Source: Callorhinchus milii (lineage: Eukaryota). Taken from it: a DNA stretch of 64,000 nucleotides. The notes beneath the pieces are model-generated. The model was not told the DNA's origin. It did no database searches and saw only the letters and a list, made by a program, of their open reading frames with translations. Location: positions 81,284,001 through 81,348,000 of the forward strand of contig NW_024704742.1 in NCBI RefSeq assembly GCF_018977255.1, in the 5' to 3' direction. Shown in pieces: positions 27,861 through 40,763 of this stretch. Made by a program: the position numbers and the translations under genes. Within the stretch, counting starts at the first letter, position 1; each line of letters starts with the position of its first letter.

Positions 27861-29226
27861 ATTTTGTATCAGCAGGTTCAGGAGTGAATATAAAGAGATT
27901 TTTTTAATCGCTTTTGATTTTTTTTCTTGGTGAAATTCACTTAGAAAATGCAGAATATTGCAATTCTGAAACAATTTTGCAAACAGCATTTTGCTTTCTG
28001 AACTTAATTCAAGCTCTTTTTTTCAGCCAAGAAAATGCCCCAAATGTCTAGCCAAAGGTTGTAAAGTGAAACGGCTGTTGCCTACGTTTGTGGGAGTCAG
28101 AGTTTGTCATAATAATAATACTTGCGTTTGATATAACAATTACCACATCATTGAGAGGTCTCAAAGAGTTTCACAGGATATATTGTAAAGTGAATTGATT
28201 GTGTATTTTGTGGGAGAACACAGCAGCCAGCTTGTCCACAGCAATGTCCCATAAACAGTCATGAAGTGAGCGGCCAATTTTAATTAGGGGATTGTTTGCC
28301 AGGGTGAAACTCCCTTCTCTTTTCGAATAGTGCCATGGGGTTGTTAACGTCCACCAGAACAGGAGGACGAAGTAAATTGCACAACTTTTAGGTGCAGCCC
28401 GAAAGCCACAATAAATGCAGCGACTTGCAGTTTGAGAATGCCGCATTTTTTCAAAATATATCGTGATCAGTACGCAGGCATTCGCTCTACCGAAATAAAC
28501 TTCCTGGCTTCAATATCAGATCAGATGCTACATCCTTCAATGAGATTAAGGGTTCACAGGCCCTACAAATAGCTTTGTTTTAATCTCCACATGCTTGTAT
28601 AACAGGCTTCTTGGAATCACTCCAGTAACCTCAGTGCAATTTATTAGTGTCCTATCTATCAGTACCACATCACAAATGGCATTTGGAGAACCAGAGGGCA
28701 GGAGCTTGAAATGAAATAGCCTCATGTAAACTGGAGACAAGAATTGGTGTTCCCCATAGAGTAATGGATAAGTGGAATTGATTCCCAACAGTGAACACTG
28801 AAACAATTAACCCCTTTGAATATTGAACTGAAGAAGCATATTGGGGTAGATGGAGACTGAGGTGAAAAATTGTCTACAAGAGTCATTTGTTTCTATGCAG
28901 CTGGTGCCAGACAGGGGATGTTGTTGGTGGAAGCAAGGAGGTCAAATTTGAATAATGATACTGTACTTATCTTTGATATTAATGTCAAAATGCCTCAGAA
29001 TATTTCACAAGTAATTGCTGTTAAGTGTAGTGACTGAAGAACGCATTTGCCGACAAAAGCACAATTTGCGCACTGCAAGTTCCACAATCATGAAGTGAAT
29101 GACCAATCACGTATCTCGGTGATACCTGGCAAGGACATCATGAGAAACACTCTTCTCTTTTTAACTAGTGCCACGGGTTCTTTAACGTCCACCTGAGCAT
29201 GCAAAGAGACTTTGTGTTTAATAATT

Positions 29227-29489
29227 CATCTGCTGGGTAAAGACTTAGTGTGAATTTTTGTTAAGGACATGTCTTCAACTCTTATGTCTGTGAATTTCCT
29301 CATTTATTTCTAGCAATGAGTAAGGAATGGAATGTGATTAAGGCAGGCAAAATAGACTTCATGTGTAACAACCCATCTGATGGGTAAAATCTAAAGTGTG
29401 GTGTTTGGTAAGAGCGTGTTTTCAACTCTTATATCTGTGATGTTCCACATTTATTTCCAGCAATGATTAAGGAATGGAATGTGGTTAAG
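29227..29489 (+). repeat. Diverged local duplication, period 147 bp
   Basis: catctg.tgggtaaa...ttcaactcttat.tctgtga...catttattt..agcaatga.taaggaatggaatgtg.ttaag starting at 29227 and 29374. Confidence 0.85.
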
Positions 29490-30165
29490 AAAATTGCAAC
29501 TTTGAACCCTTTTCATAAATTTATTTCTCTCTTGAAAGCACTCGATTCCTTTTACGTTTTCAGGAAGTATAGCTTCTTCAATATTTTGCCCAATTGACAT
29601 TTATTTATATGCAAGAGTTGACAGTGAGTGTATTGGCAAGATATTTGACAGGGTTGTGTGTGCGTGGGTGAGTGGGGGAAACATGGTGCGGAGGCATCAA
29701 AACCAGATCTGATCCTGACCACATCCAGTGTTCACACATGCACGTAAGGAGTGGGGTCGTGTCAAGAACCATCTGCCACTCTGTCTGAATATGTAAATTG
29801 TATTGTATCTGTAGGGGTCGGATGTTCGCTTAGCAGTCAATGAAGTTTTAAATATCTGTATCTCAGTTATAAAAGACATATATCAGAGATGTATTGAAAT
29901 ATTTTGAGATTGGTATCTGAGTGTGAGAAATATTGCGAATATCAGTAAAAAAGTGTGAATGAATTGGTTCACCTTTGCAGTGCAGCAGAGTTGTAGAATA
30001 TCTGGGCTAATAGTATAAATAATAATAATCCTTGCATTTGATATAGTGCCTTATCACGTCATTCAGACGTCTCAAAGTGCTTCACAAAATGTACTGTAAA
30101 GTGAATTGACTGGAATTCATTAAGAAGCCTTCCTTAATGGTCATCTCCCCATTCTTCTCTCTCAG

Positions 30166-32674
30166 AAATCTGCGCCCAGGCTCCTAGAGAATGCCACTGA
30201 ACTGAGAAAAGAAAAGAGCAGGAAACAAGCAGATCCACCAAACACTCTTCCTGTAATTCCTGGAGAAGAAAATAAAATGGAGATCGAAGAGCAGCTTCAG
30301 GGATCAAAGAGTGTTACCGTCATCACCCCAAAGGTCACTGTAACAGAGCCTGCTGTTGGAGGTAACCAAACCGATCACTTTGTTAACAAAGGGCGAAATG
30401 GCATTCAGAGTCGAGATGAATCCTTGGACAGCGATGTGGCCAAAGAGATCAGGTATCTGGATGAAGTTCTAGAATCTAACTGCTGCGAGTCCGTGGTGGA
30501 GAATGGCTCAAACACAGCGGCACCTTGCGAGCCAGTTTCAATCGCAGTGGATGGGCACGATCCATCTGTTAGTGTGACGTCAGATAGTCCAGTGTCAGCT
30601 GCCAGCAATGTCATAACCGTTGTCAGAAAAGAGCCAGCTTTCATCCACATGGAGAAGGCGGATGAGGTTAAGTCTAATGGACATTCTCCAAGTACCAGGA
30701 AGGTGGAAACTAGCCCTGAGTTGAACAATGTGGCAAAGGAGCAGCAGATAGACAGCTCCAGGAGGTTTTCGAAGGATGGAGAGGTGGCAATGATCACCCT
30801 GAAAAAAGAAGCCAAGTTTGAGCTCCGAGCCTATCATGAAGACAAAAAACCCTCCAAGCTTTTTGACGACGACGATGGAAAGGAAACCTACAAGATTAAG
30901 AAAACCAGAGCATCCGATGAAATAGCAGAACTGGAACGAGCGAGGCAGGAAGTCATTAGAAGTCAGGCCGTGAAGAAGAACCCGAGTATTGCAGCAAAGT
31001 GGAATCCCCCGCAAGAGAAGCCAATGGAGGCCCATCTAGATCCGGATAAGCTTGAATCGCACAAGAAGTACGCGGAACGTAAGCAGAAGAAGCAGGATGG
31101 AGGTCTGTCCCCGGTGTCTCCCAAACACAAACACCACGTGTTTGTAGCACCCGAGCCTATCAATATCAACCGAGAGGACATTGTCACAGAACAGATAGAC
31201 TTTTCTGCAGCCAGAAGACAGTTTTTAATGATGGAGAATACGTCTCAGCCCAGTACACAGTACATGCACAAGCGACCATTAACCACTAAAGGGGTCTCTA
31301 TAAAGCCGGTGGTAAAGATGTCAGAACCGCCCAAGAAGGGAAGGAATGTGGCTTCGGTTACAGTAAGTGAGTCAGCCCCTCTCCAAAGGGAGGCAGTGCA
31401 AATAGAAGCAACTGAAGTAACTGTGGTCAAAGCTTGCAAAGTCAGTTTTGTACCTGAAGAGGGGCAAGAATCTGGAATTGAAAGGATTTCTGTATCACCA
31501 CAATCTACACCACAGAAGGAAGAGTGGGACGTGGGGCAAAGACTCCGAATCTCCCCCGACCAGTGCATCACTGTCAATGCAACACATGATACAGTCAGCA
31601 ACAGATTGGTAGACGACGAAGGATTTACCAGAGTAAGGGCTGTGTTGACGGTTCTAAATGATGATGATGACAATGATATTTCTGACCATTATTCAACATC
31701 TGTTAGTATTCCTGTACCTCCAGAGGAACTGGATTCTGGCTTGGATGATCTATCCCTCCGATCCCAGGACACGACAGTGCTGGAAACCCTTTCCAATGAC
31801 TTTAGTATTGACAATATCAGTGACAGTGGGGCTTCAAATGAAACCATGAATGTTTCCCTGGACCACTCGCTGGGAGGCTCACAAGAGTTTTCACAGCCAG
31901 CAACACCCCAAGCCATAAACCCTGTTGACAGGGAACATGGCTTTTATGCGGATAAAGAGGAAAGCACTTATAAGAGAGAAGGGATTTTGAAGTGCAGTGA
32001 CAATGGGTTGTACGGTCAGCCCTACTCGCTCGCATTGGATTCAGATCAGCAGCTCCAGTATCAGGCAGAAATTGTGGTGCAGAACGCAATTCAGCTTGCT
32101 CTTGCACAGGAAAACCACACAAACAATCATACAGAAGATGTGTCCCAGAACCAGCCAGTGCTAGTGGAACAGAGAATGGACCTCAATTCTGCGTGTAAAG
32201 CCCAGGCTCCGGCATCAAACCAACCACAAACAGCAGCTCCACTGCAGGAGCATAAAAACTGCACACCAAAGAGTCCACTGCAGGAGCTGCCAGAGCACGA
32301 GGAGAAGAGTTGCTTCCAGCTTCCTGAGGCAGCTGAGCAGAGCAGCGTCACGGAGACCAACGCTGTGTCGCAGCCCTCGCTGTACCGGCCAGAATTCAGC
32401 CCTTTCAGCGACAACGCTAACTACCTGCAACCGCCAGATTATTCCAAAAATAATGTGTTTGTCAGCCACCCGCAGGAACCTGAAGTCATCGCACAGACCG
32501 GACCCTTCAAGCTGCGCTCCCGCAAACAGAAAACACTGTCAATGATTGAGCAGGAAATCAGAGCAGCCCAGGAGCGAGAAGACGAGCTGAGACGCCAAAG
32601 GCAGGCAGTACGGACTGTGCAGAGCCCCACTAAATTCAACCTGCCGTCAGGATGCGCTTCCAAGACAACTCCAG
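30166..32674 (+). CDS. AKAP2: AKAP2 / PALM2-AKAP2 large coding exon (phase 0 start, phase 1 end; internal ATG MEIE at 30277)
   Basis: Acceptor cccattcttctctctcag ends at 30165 and the frame is open from KSAPRLLE. Recognisable AKAP2 motifs: ESLDSDVAKEIRYLDEVLE, LKKEAKFELRAYHEDKKPSKLF, EDIVTEQIDFSAARRQF, EELDSGLDDLSLRSQDTTVLETLSNDFS, GPFKLRSRKQKTLSMIEQEIRAAQERE. Donor CCAG|gtagga at 32674/5. Confidence 0.96.
32053..32106 (+). other. AKAP2: PKA regulatory-subunit-binding amphipathic helix of AKAP2 (LQYQAEIVVQNAIQLALA)
   Basis: Matches the mammalian AKAP2 RII-binding segment LEYQAGLLVQNAIQQAIA (recalled from knowledge). Confidence 0.85.
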
Positions 32675-33550
32675 GTAGGACTCTTAATCCCTCTGTAGGT
32701 GTTGTGCTGTGCACTCAAATCCAGGTTTGGCCACGTAGATCCTGATGAAATCCATGGACAGACTCAATGGGCAAAATGGCTACTCCTGTCCCTATTCTAC
32801 GACATGTCTTGTAATGGGCACTATGTCCTTTGATTGGAGCTGGAGTGAGCTGGATCACTTCTCTCGGTGTGAGTGTAAACACAGCCTTAATAACGTTTTG
32901 CTTTGCTCAGTCAAATAAACTGAGTAGTTTAATTTTGCTAAGTGTTTGAGTTCAGTATTTCTTGCTGGCAGTCAGACAACTCCCACTTACAGGACTTGTC
33001 ACAAAGCCAGAGTGAAGTCATCGGCAATAAATGTCAGTTTTCCTACTAAAATGTCACGTTCTTTCCAGTCCTACACAGGACACAGGAAATGAAATATTGC
33101 GGGATGGCGGGGGGACGGGGTGGGGGGGGAAGAGTCACATTCTTCTGATATGAAAGCCTCCCATTGCCACTAGTGAAGAGGAGGGATGACCGGGTCAACG
33201 GCCAACAATGGCCGGGAGTGACTCAGGCTCTAAGCCAGCAGCCAATTTGAGCGAACAATTTTATTTGTGGATTCATTGGCCAGGACACTGGGAGAAACTT
33301 CCTTCTCTTTTCGAAATACATCTTTAATGTGCATCCAGACAGGCAGACTCTGTGTAATATCTCATCCGAAGGACGACACTGTCAACAATGCAGCACTTCC
33401 CCAGCACTGCCAGCCCTGACTATGAGTTCAAAGTCCCAAAATGGGGCTTGAATTCACAACCTTCTGACTCAGCAACAACAAATTGCACTTGTATAGCACC
33501 CTTCACATCAGAAAGACGTCCCAGGGTGATGGACAGTCAGGGCTTGGCCA

Positions 33551-36458
33551 AACAACAACAACAGCAACAATAACACGATTCCATTTATTGAGCGCCTTTC
33601 ACGTCGGGAGGACGTCCCAAGGCGCTGTAAAGTTGGGTCAGGACCCGAGCAGGGGGGAAATGGTCAGGGTGAGGGGAGGGAAGGGAGGGAGCGAGGAGGG
33701 GGTAGAGAGTCGAGAGGGGAGCTGAAGGCACGGTCAAAGAGAAAGATCTTGAGACCGGTCTTGAAGGAGGAAAGGGAGGAGGCGGCGAAGGCACTGGGGG
33801 ATAGAGTTCCAGAGCCTCGGGGCTGAGAGGCTGAAGGCCCGGCCACCGATGGGAGGGCGGTTGGGGCAAGGGATGTGGAGCAGACCGGAGCCAGAGGAAC
33901 GGAGGGTACGGGCAGGTAGGTAGGGGGATAGTAGGTCGGAGAGGTAGGAGGGAGCAAGGCCGTGAATGGCCTTGTAGGTGAGGATGAGGATCTTGAATTC
34001 GATCCTCTGGGGGATGGGGAGCCAGTGGAGGCGAGCGAGGGTGGGAGTGATGTGGTCCCGAAGCCTGGTGCGGGACAGTACACGAGCTGCAGAGTTCTGA
34101 ATGACCTGCAGCTTGTGGAGGGAGGTGGCGGGAAGGCCGGCGAGGAGAGAGTTCCCATAGTCCAGCCTTGAGGTGATAAAGGCGTGGACCAGGTTTCAGC
34201 AGCGTGAGGGGTGAGGTAGTGCCGTAGTCTGGCGATGTTCCGGAGGTGATGGAAGGCGGTGCCAGTTGTGGTGCGGATGTGAGGGAGAAAGGACAGCTCA
34301 GGGTCGAACAGAACCCGAGGTTCCTGACTGGCTTTGAGAGGTGGAGAGTGCAGCCTTGCTTTCCGATGCTGTCAGCGCCTGAGGTGCGGAGGCGCTGACG
34401 TGAGCCAATCAGGAGGGCCTCAGTTTTACGCACGTTGAGCTGAAGAAAGTTGTCTCTCGTCCAGGACTCGATGTCGGACAGGCAGCTGTCAGGACATCGG
34501 TGGTCGTGGAGTTGAGGGTAGAGGAGGAAAGGTAGAGTTGGGTGTCATCCGCATACATGTGGAAGTTAACCCCATGTCTGCGGATGATGTCACCAAGGGG
34601 GAGCATATAGAGGGTGAAGAGGAGGGGACCGAGGACAGAGCCCTGAGGGACACCACACGAGACAGTGCGGGGGGTGGAGGAAAAGCCATTCGTGGAAACA
34701 AAGTATAAACCGTGGGAAAGGTACGAACTAAACCACTCAAGGACAGGGCCTTGAAGGTTGAGGTGGGAGGACAAGCGGTGGAGGAGGATAGCGTGGTCGA
34801 CCGTATCGAATGCTGCCGATAGGTCGATGAGGGTGAGGAGGCAGAGGGAGCCCTGGTCGCAGATGGTCAGGATGTCATTGGTGACCTTGACCAGGGCGGT
34901 TTGTGTGCTATGGGCAGCACGGAAACCTGACTGAAGGGGTTCGAATAATGAATGGGTGGAGAGGAAAGAGCGCAGCTGGGAGGCGACAACTCGTTCCAGG
35001 ACCTTGGACAGGAAGGGGAGGTTGGAGATGGGCCGGTAGCTTGATAGCTGCGACGCATCAAGGGAGGGTTTTTTCAAGGTGGGAGTGATGGTGGCAGTTT
35101 TTAAGGGAATGGGAACAGAGCCAGAGGAGAGGGACAGGTTGACGATGTCTGTGATATGTGGGGCAAGGAGGTGGAGCTGGGAGATAAGGAGTGGAGTGGG
35201 GATGGGGTCAAGGGAGCAGGTGGTGGGTTTCAGGGATAGGATGAGTTTGGTGACAGAGGGTGGGGAAACGGGTACGAAAATGTGTAGGGGAGGATGGGTA
35301 GGAGTCGGAGTGTGGGAGGGAGGGGGTGGGGGTGGGTGGATGTTGGAGGGGAAGTGACCGCGGAGCGGATTCCCTTGATTTTGGATTCAAGGAAATCCAG
35401 CATCTCCTCGCAGTGAAGGTTGGAGGAGATGACCTGCGCGGGGTGGCGGGGGGGACGGAGGAGTCGGGATGTGGTAGAAAACAGTAGCCTGGGGTTGTTC
35501 TTCGCCTCCAGGATTATCCTGGAGTAGAAGGATGACTTGGCCGAGTGGAGTGGTAGATTTTGAGGAAGTTCAGCCAGATTTGTCGGTGGACCGTTAGGCC
35601 AGATTTGACGCAGGTGCGTTCAGCGGCCCGCACCTGGCTCTTCAGTGAGCGGAGGTGGGTGGTGAACCAGGGGGAGGAGCGAGAGTAGGAGACAGTACGA
35701 GAGGTGATGGGGGCAAGAGTGTCGAGTGTGGAGGAGAGGGTGTTGTGGAGGAGGGTGAGAGGAGAAGAGGGGTCAGTGAGGGTTGAAGGCCAGAGGGAGA
35801 GGAGTTCAGAGGACTCCAAGGCAGCGGTTAGGGATTGTGGGGGTAACTTCTTCCAGGGGCGGTAGAAGATGGTGGTGGGTCTGGTGGAGGTGGGGAGGGG
35901 GTGGAGGTGGTGAAGGAGATGAAGTGGTGGTCGGAGACGGCCTTGTCGGTGATAGTGACATCCGAGACACTGAGGCCCCGGGTGATCACCAAATCGAGTG
36001 GGTGGCCGTGACTGTGAGTGGGGGAGTTGATGTGGAGGGAGAGGTTGAGCGAGGAGAGCAGGGAAGAGAAATCTGAGGAGATGGAGCAGGAGGGGGTTGA
36101 AGTCGCCCAGGATGATGAGGCGATCAGAGCAGGGGCAGAGAGATGTAAGAAGTGTCGAAATATCGGAGATGAAGGTGGGAGAGGTTTTAGGGGGCCGGTA
36201 GAGGAGGAGGATTTTGAGTGAGAGGAAGGAGGGGTGGGAGAGGGTGAGGTGCTCGAAAGAGGGGAAAGAGCCAGAGGAGTAGGGGGATAGGGCAAGTGGT
36301 GTCCTTGAGATAAGGGCTACACCACCGCCACGGCGGTTGGGGCGAGGGATGTGGTGGGAGGTGTAGCCGGGTGGTGTGGCCTCTGTGAGGGGGAAGATGT
36401 CGCCTGGGGTGAGCCAGGTTTCCGTTAAGGCCATGATGTCAATGCTCTCATCAAGGGG
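33551..36458 (-). mobile_element. L2-clade LINE, ~2.9 kb, 5'-truncated in the endonuclease domain, frameshifted
   Basis: APE endonuclease motifs (MALTETWL, GGGVALI, YRPP, ILGDFN, HGHPLDLV) and RT motifs ([44 protein letters not shown]). 3' tail ends in (TTG)n. Confidence 0.93.
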
Positions 36459-36459
36459 T

Positions 36460-37110
36460 GAGGCAGAGGGATTGTGGGATAGAGTTACAGAGTGTGGGAC
36501 AAGAGATGCTGAATGCCTGTTGACCAATGATGGGGTGGAAAGTCCAGGGGATCTGAAGGAGGTTGGTATCCACCAACCTGAGGGAGCGGAAAGGCTGATT
36601 TGGGGTAGGAGGTTGGAGAGATAGGAGGGGGCAAGACCATGGAGGGCTTCAAAGGTAAGAACAAGGGTTTTTTACTCGATTCTCCCTGAGGGATGGCGAG
36701 CCAGTGAAGATGGGCAAGAAGAGGGTGATTGGTTCGCGGAGCCTGGTGTCGGAGAGGACATGAGCTGCAGAGTTTTGACTAATCTGTAGCTTGTGGAGAG
36801 AAGAGTTGGGAAGTCCAGCAACCAGGCCGTTGGCGGAGTCAAGTTGGGATGTGATGAAAGCGTGGATTGGTCTCAGCAGCCTGCGGTGAGAGGCAATGGC
36901 GGAGGTGGGCAATGTTGCGGGGGTGAGGAAAGGCGGAACAAGTCACGGCACAAATGTGGGGTTTGAAGGATAGCTGCGGGTCAAAAAGGACACCAAGGTT
37001 TTGTATTGGCTTGATGAGGTAAAGAGTACAGCCATGAATAGTGATAATGTCAGCGGCTGAGGTATGTAGGCGCTGCCAAGATTCAAGCAGGAGGGCCTCC
37101 ATCTTACCAA
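36460..37110 (-). mobile_element. Older L2 fragment; its tail is probably 33472-33550, so the young 2.9-kb L2 is nested in it
   Basis: NLGVLFDPQLSF, SQLDSANGL. An L2-type tail lies immediately left of the young element. Confidence 0.7.
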
Positions 37111-37786
37111 CTTTGGTTAAAACGTTGGTGACTCACCATTTAGAAGCTTGTTCCCCTCTTTACCATATTGTAGACAGAGATCAGATAATGCAAGAGAATT
37201 CCATCACACATAACAGCACTTATTTAGGCAACAGCTGATGGTGGTAGATTATAGAGGAGCCTTGACTACTTACACTGTTCCATGAGACATGGTCTAACCT
37301 GGTCAGATCGATCTCGCATTCAGTTTTGGTATATTTAATCAGCAGCGCTTCTAAGCAGTGCTGTACCATTGGTTACAGGAGCTGGTATAAAGGGCAGCTA
37401 TCTTTATGTTTTCTGCCCCTCCCAAACATCCAGTGAAATCTGCAAGGTGTTGTGGATATACATAATGTAGTCCTAGCTATGTCATCAACTACATTAGCAA
37501 TCTGTATTCACACAGTATCCATTCTCCAATAAGCTTTTCAATGGATCAGAACCTCTTTGGGATCAACACCAGTTTGTAGCTGTATTGACCTAAGTGCACT
37601 GAGATGAGTAAACCCAGTACAGGCTAGCTGGCACATTGGCCCCTTCATAATTTGTATGGCTCAGGATAAGACAGGGTTTACTTGCTTGGCTCAGTTGGTC
37701 ACACTTTGGGTGTGAAGGCTGTGGGTTCAAGCCACAACCCACAGTGTGACTTGATTTCATGATCTACTCTGATATTCTTGTACATT

Positions 37787-38106
37787 GTGGAGTCCTGTAG
37801 CTCAGTGGTTAGAGCACTCGCTTTGCAAGCGAGAGACCTGAGTTCAATCCCAGGCAGCGCGAAACCTTGGGCAAGTTTCCTTACTCCACACACCTAATAA
37901 TAATCCCTCCAAAACCAAAAACAATAATAAATTGGTCATTTTCAATCTACGACTGTTTGTGGGACATTGCTGTGCGCAATTGGCTGCCGCGTTCGCCCAC
38001 AAATATACAGTCAATTCACTTTACAGTGTGTTCTGTGAAGCGCTTTGGGACGTCCTCCCGACGTGAAAAGCGCTATATCAAATGCAAGGATTATTATTAT
38101 TATTAT
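37787..38106 (+). mobile_element. Full-length tRNA-Ala(TGC)-derived SINE with Deu-type body and L2-like tail; TSD TACATT
   Basis: A box tagctcagtggtta, anticodon arm CTCGC-TTTGCAA-GCGAG, B box gagttcaatcc, body tgtttgtgggacattgctgtgcgcaattggctgccgcg, (TTA)n tail. TACATT at 37781-86 and 38107-12. Confidence 0.92.
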
Positions 38107-39175
38107 TACATTAGGATGAGGTTGAAAGTGTTACATTTGGTCGAGAGGTCAAACTGAGGTCTGCCTATTAAGGTGGACATTGAAGATTCCATGGCACTAT
38201 TGAAATAGGAGAAAGGTATTTTTTTCTTGATGTCCTGGCCAACAATCTTCCAGATGAATTGAACATTTATCAACCAGGACCTGGCTAGTGTGAAAAACTG
38301 TTGGATTGTCCACAAAAACTTTCACTACACTGACTTGTGAACCTGAGGCACTATAAAGTTTCATAGACAGACATTTCTACTTCAGACACTATAAATTTCT
38401 GTCTATATGATTGTAACCACCAAGATACTGGGAGATCCCCAATGCAGTGTTTTATTCATTTTGGTGTCCTCTTTTTGACAATAATGGACTTTGAGTGCCA
38501 GTATGCTTAATTTTTGCAAGATAAGTTTAGCTTATGCCATCAGTGTTGTATGTTTTCAGACATCAATTTGCACATGATTCCTGGCTGACTCCATAGTAGT
38601 GTGTATTGCTGGATAATTCATGAACTTCAGCAAATCGACATTTGTATATAAGAGTCCTACTCCCAGACTAATCCGTGATGTGAGTTAGTCACCAGTTAAT
38701 ATAAACTCAGAATATTGCTGTGGCACATGATTTACTACATCAACAACATGTTCCCATGACCAGCATGAAGCCTGCAGTGCTATGTGCCTGGGGGTAGAAA
38801 CGATTTCAGTGCAAGCCACACAGAAATCTATAACCACATTATTTCCTTAGTCTACAAATATGCAGGCACGCATTTTGCAGTAAATCCTGTGAAGGATACA
38901 GTGGATGCTTTGAGAAGTTTTAATGATGTAATAAGGCGCTATCCCAAATACAAGGATTATTATTGTTAATAATCTTTGGGTAACATTCTTGGGTTGTCAG
39001 ATACCGCCACAGAAATGATTGTGCACATGAAAACTCAGAACTAAATGTACTGGCAAGGCCCTCTTTTATACAAATTATATCAGCTCCACTAGAAGAACAT
39101 TCTCAATGATTGAACACTACAACGTAATGTTGTTAGAAACCACTGCCCATGTGTTACACAACAAGGTTTATTAAG

Positions 39176-40040
39176 AAACTGGAATACTGCGTTCAGTTTT
39201 GGGTACCGCACCTCAGGAAGCTTGAAGAGGGGGTACAGCACAGATTCACCAGGATTATACCAGGGCTTAAAGGGTTAAATTATGAGGACAGGTTGCATGA
39301 ACTTGGTCTGTATTCCCTTGAGTTTAGAAGGAGGAGGGGTGATCTAATTGAGGTTTTTAAAATAATAAAGGGATTCGATAGTGTAGATATAGAGAAACTA
39401 TTTCCTCTGGTTGGGGAATCCAGAAACAAGGGGGCATAATCGTAATATTAGAACTAGGCCAATTAGAAATGAAATCAGGAAGCATTTTTTCACACAAAGT
39501 GTAGTGAAATCTGAAACTCTCTAACCCAAAAGGTTTTGGATGCTGGATCCATTGACATTTTCAAAACTTGAGGTGGATAATAATAATATAATAATAATCC
39601 TTGCATTTGATATAGCGCTTTTCACGTCGGGAGGATGTCCCAAACCGCTTCACAGAATATATTGTAAAGTGAATTGACTGTATATTTGTGGGCGAACGCG
39701 GCAGCCAATTGCGCACAGCAATGTCCCACAAACAGTTGTAGAATGAAAATGACCAATTATTGTTTTGTTTTGGAGGGATTATTATTAGGCTCTGTGTGGA
39801 GTAAGGAAACTTGCCCAAGGTTTCGCTTTGCCTGGAATTGAACTCAGGTCTCTCACTTGCAAAGTGAGTGCTCTAACCACTGAGCTACAGGACTCCACTA
39901 GATTTTTGTTAGGTAAGGGTATCAATTGATATGGGGCAAAGGCAGGTAATTGGAGTTGAGGTACAGATCAGCCGTGATCCAATAGAATGGTTGTACAGGC
40001 TCAAGGGACTGAATGGCCTATATCTGTTCCTATGTTCCTA
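39176..40040 (+). mobile_element. CR1-clade LINE 3' fragment (SINE-interrupted)
   Basis: LEYCVQFW.PH, L.LYSLE.RR.RGDLIEVFKI; tail gaatggcctatatctgttcctatgttcct. Confidence 0.88.
39577..39898 (-). mobile_element. Same SINE family, inserted in a CR1
   Basis: Reverse complement of 37787-38106; interrupts continuous CR1 sequence. Confidence 0.9.
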
Positions 40041-40763
40041 ACTGCAAAAGTGGATTGCAAAATAGTACAATGTGGGTTTTTAAAATAGCACTCCAGGTGG
40101 TTTTAATTAGAGAGTTGGACTGTCTCGCAGGTGTATTATTGAAGGACTCTTTCAATAGAAGTGCTGATCAATCATCAACTGCAGTGAACTTAATATACTT
40201 TAATACTGGGGACGAAACTGGGCTGCAAGTTCCTGCCCCACCTCTTTAACACAGAACTGCTTCTTGAGTGTCCTCTGCTGACAGCTGTGAGAAACCACAA
40301 CACAACAAAATAGCTTGAGAGACACACACCTAAAGACAACACAAAGTAGTTTCCGAGAGCTCCTGATGGAGATGCAGTTAAGAGCTCATTTATCCACATA
40401 GATTGGGACTGACCCCAGTGTGGAGAAACAAAGAGTGGGGATAATTGGACTCCACACAATACACAAATAGCTCTAACTAAAAATATGTTCCATCAGGAGT
40501 TTAACACACTACTATTTCTGTAGTAACACACTGTACCAGGCATTCTTTCTGTGTCTGTCACACTTTGACAACCCCCCCCCTCACTGTCTCTCTCCCACTC
40601 TCTATCACATTCCACCTTTCTTTCACACACACTATCTCCTTTTATTTACACTGTACCCCTCTGTCATACTGTGCTTTCTCTCTCACTGTGCCCACCTCTC
40701 ACACTTGCTCCTTTCTCTAACACTATGGCCCTCTCTCTCTCTGACTCGAGAATCTCTGACTGA

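Noticed and set aside
30405..32714. Antisense ORFs overlapping the AKAP2 exon (and those over the SLC46A2 exons)
   Set aside because: Expected shadow frames of real coding sequence; no recognisable motifs.
32675..32745. C-terminal RTLNPSVGVVLCTQIQVWPRRS of the 822-aa ORF
   Set aside because: Intron read-through past the donor at 32674; AKAP2 homology continues at 41661.
33585..36527. Long RT/endonuclease ORFs as a functional or domesticated gene
   Set aside because: Multiple frameshifts, 5' truncation and multicopy status indicate an ordinary L2 insertion.
37787..37862. tRNA-Ala-like sequences (several copies)
   Set aside because: They are SINE heads: the acceptor stem is not intact and each continues into the SINE body and tail.
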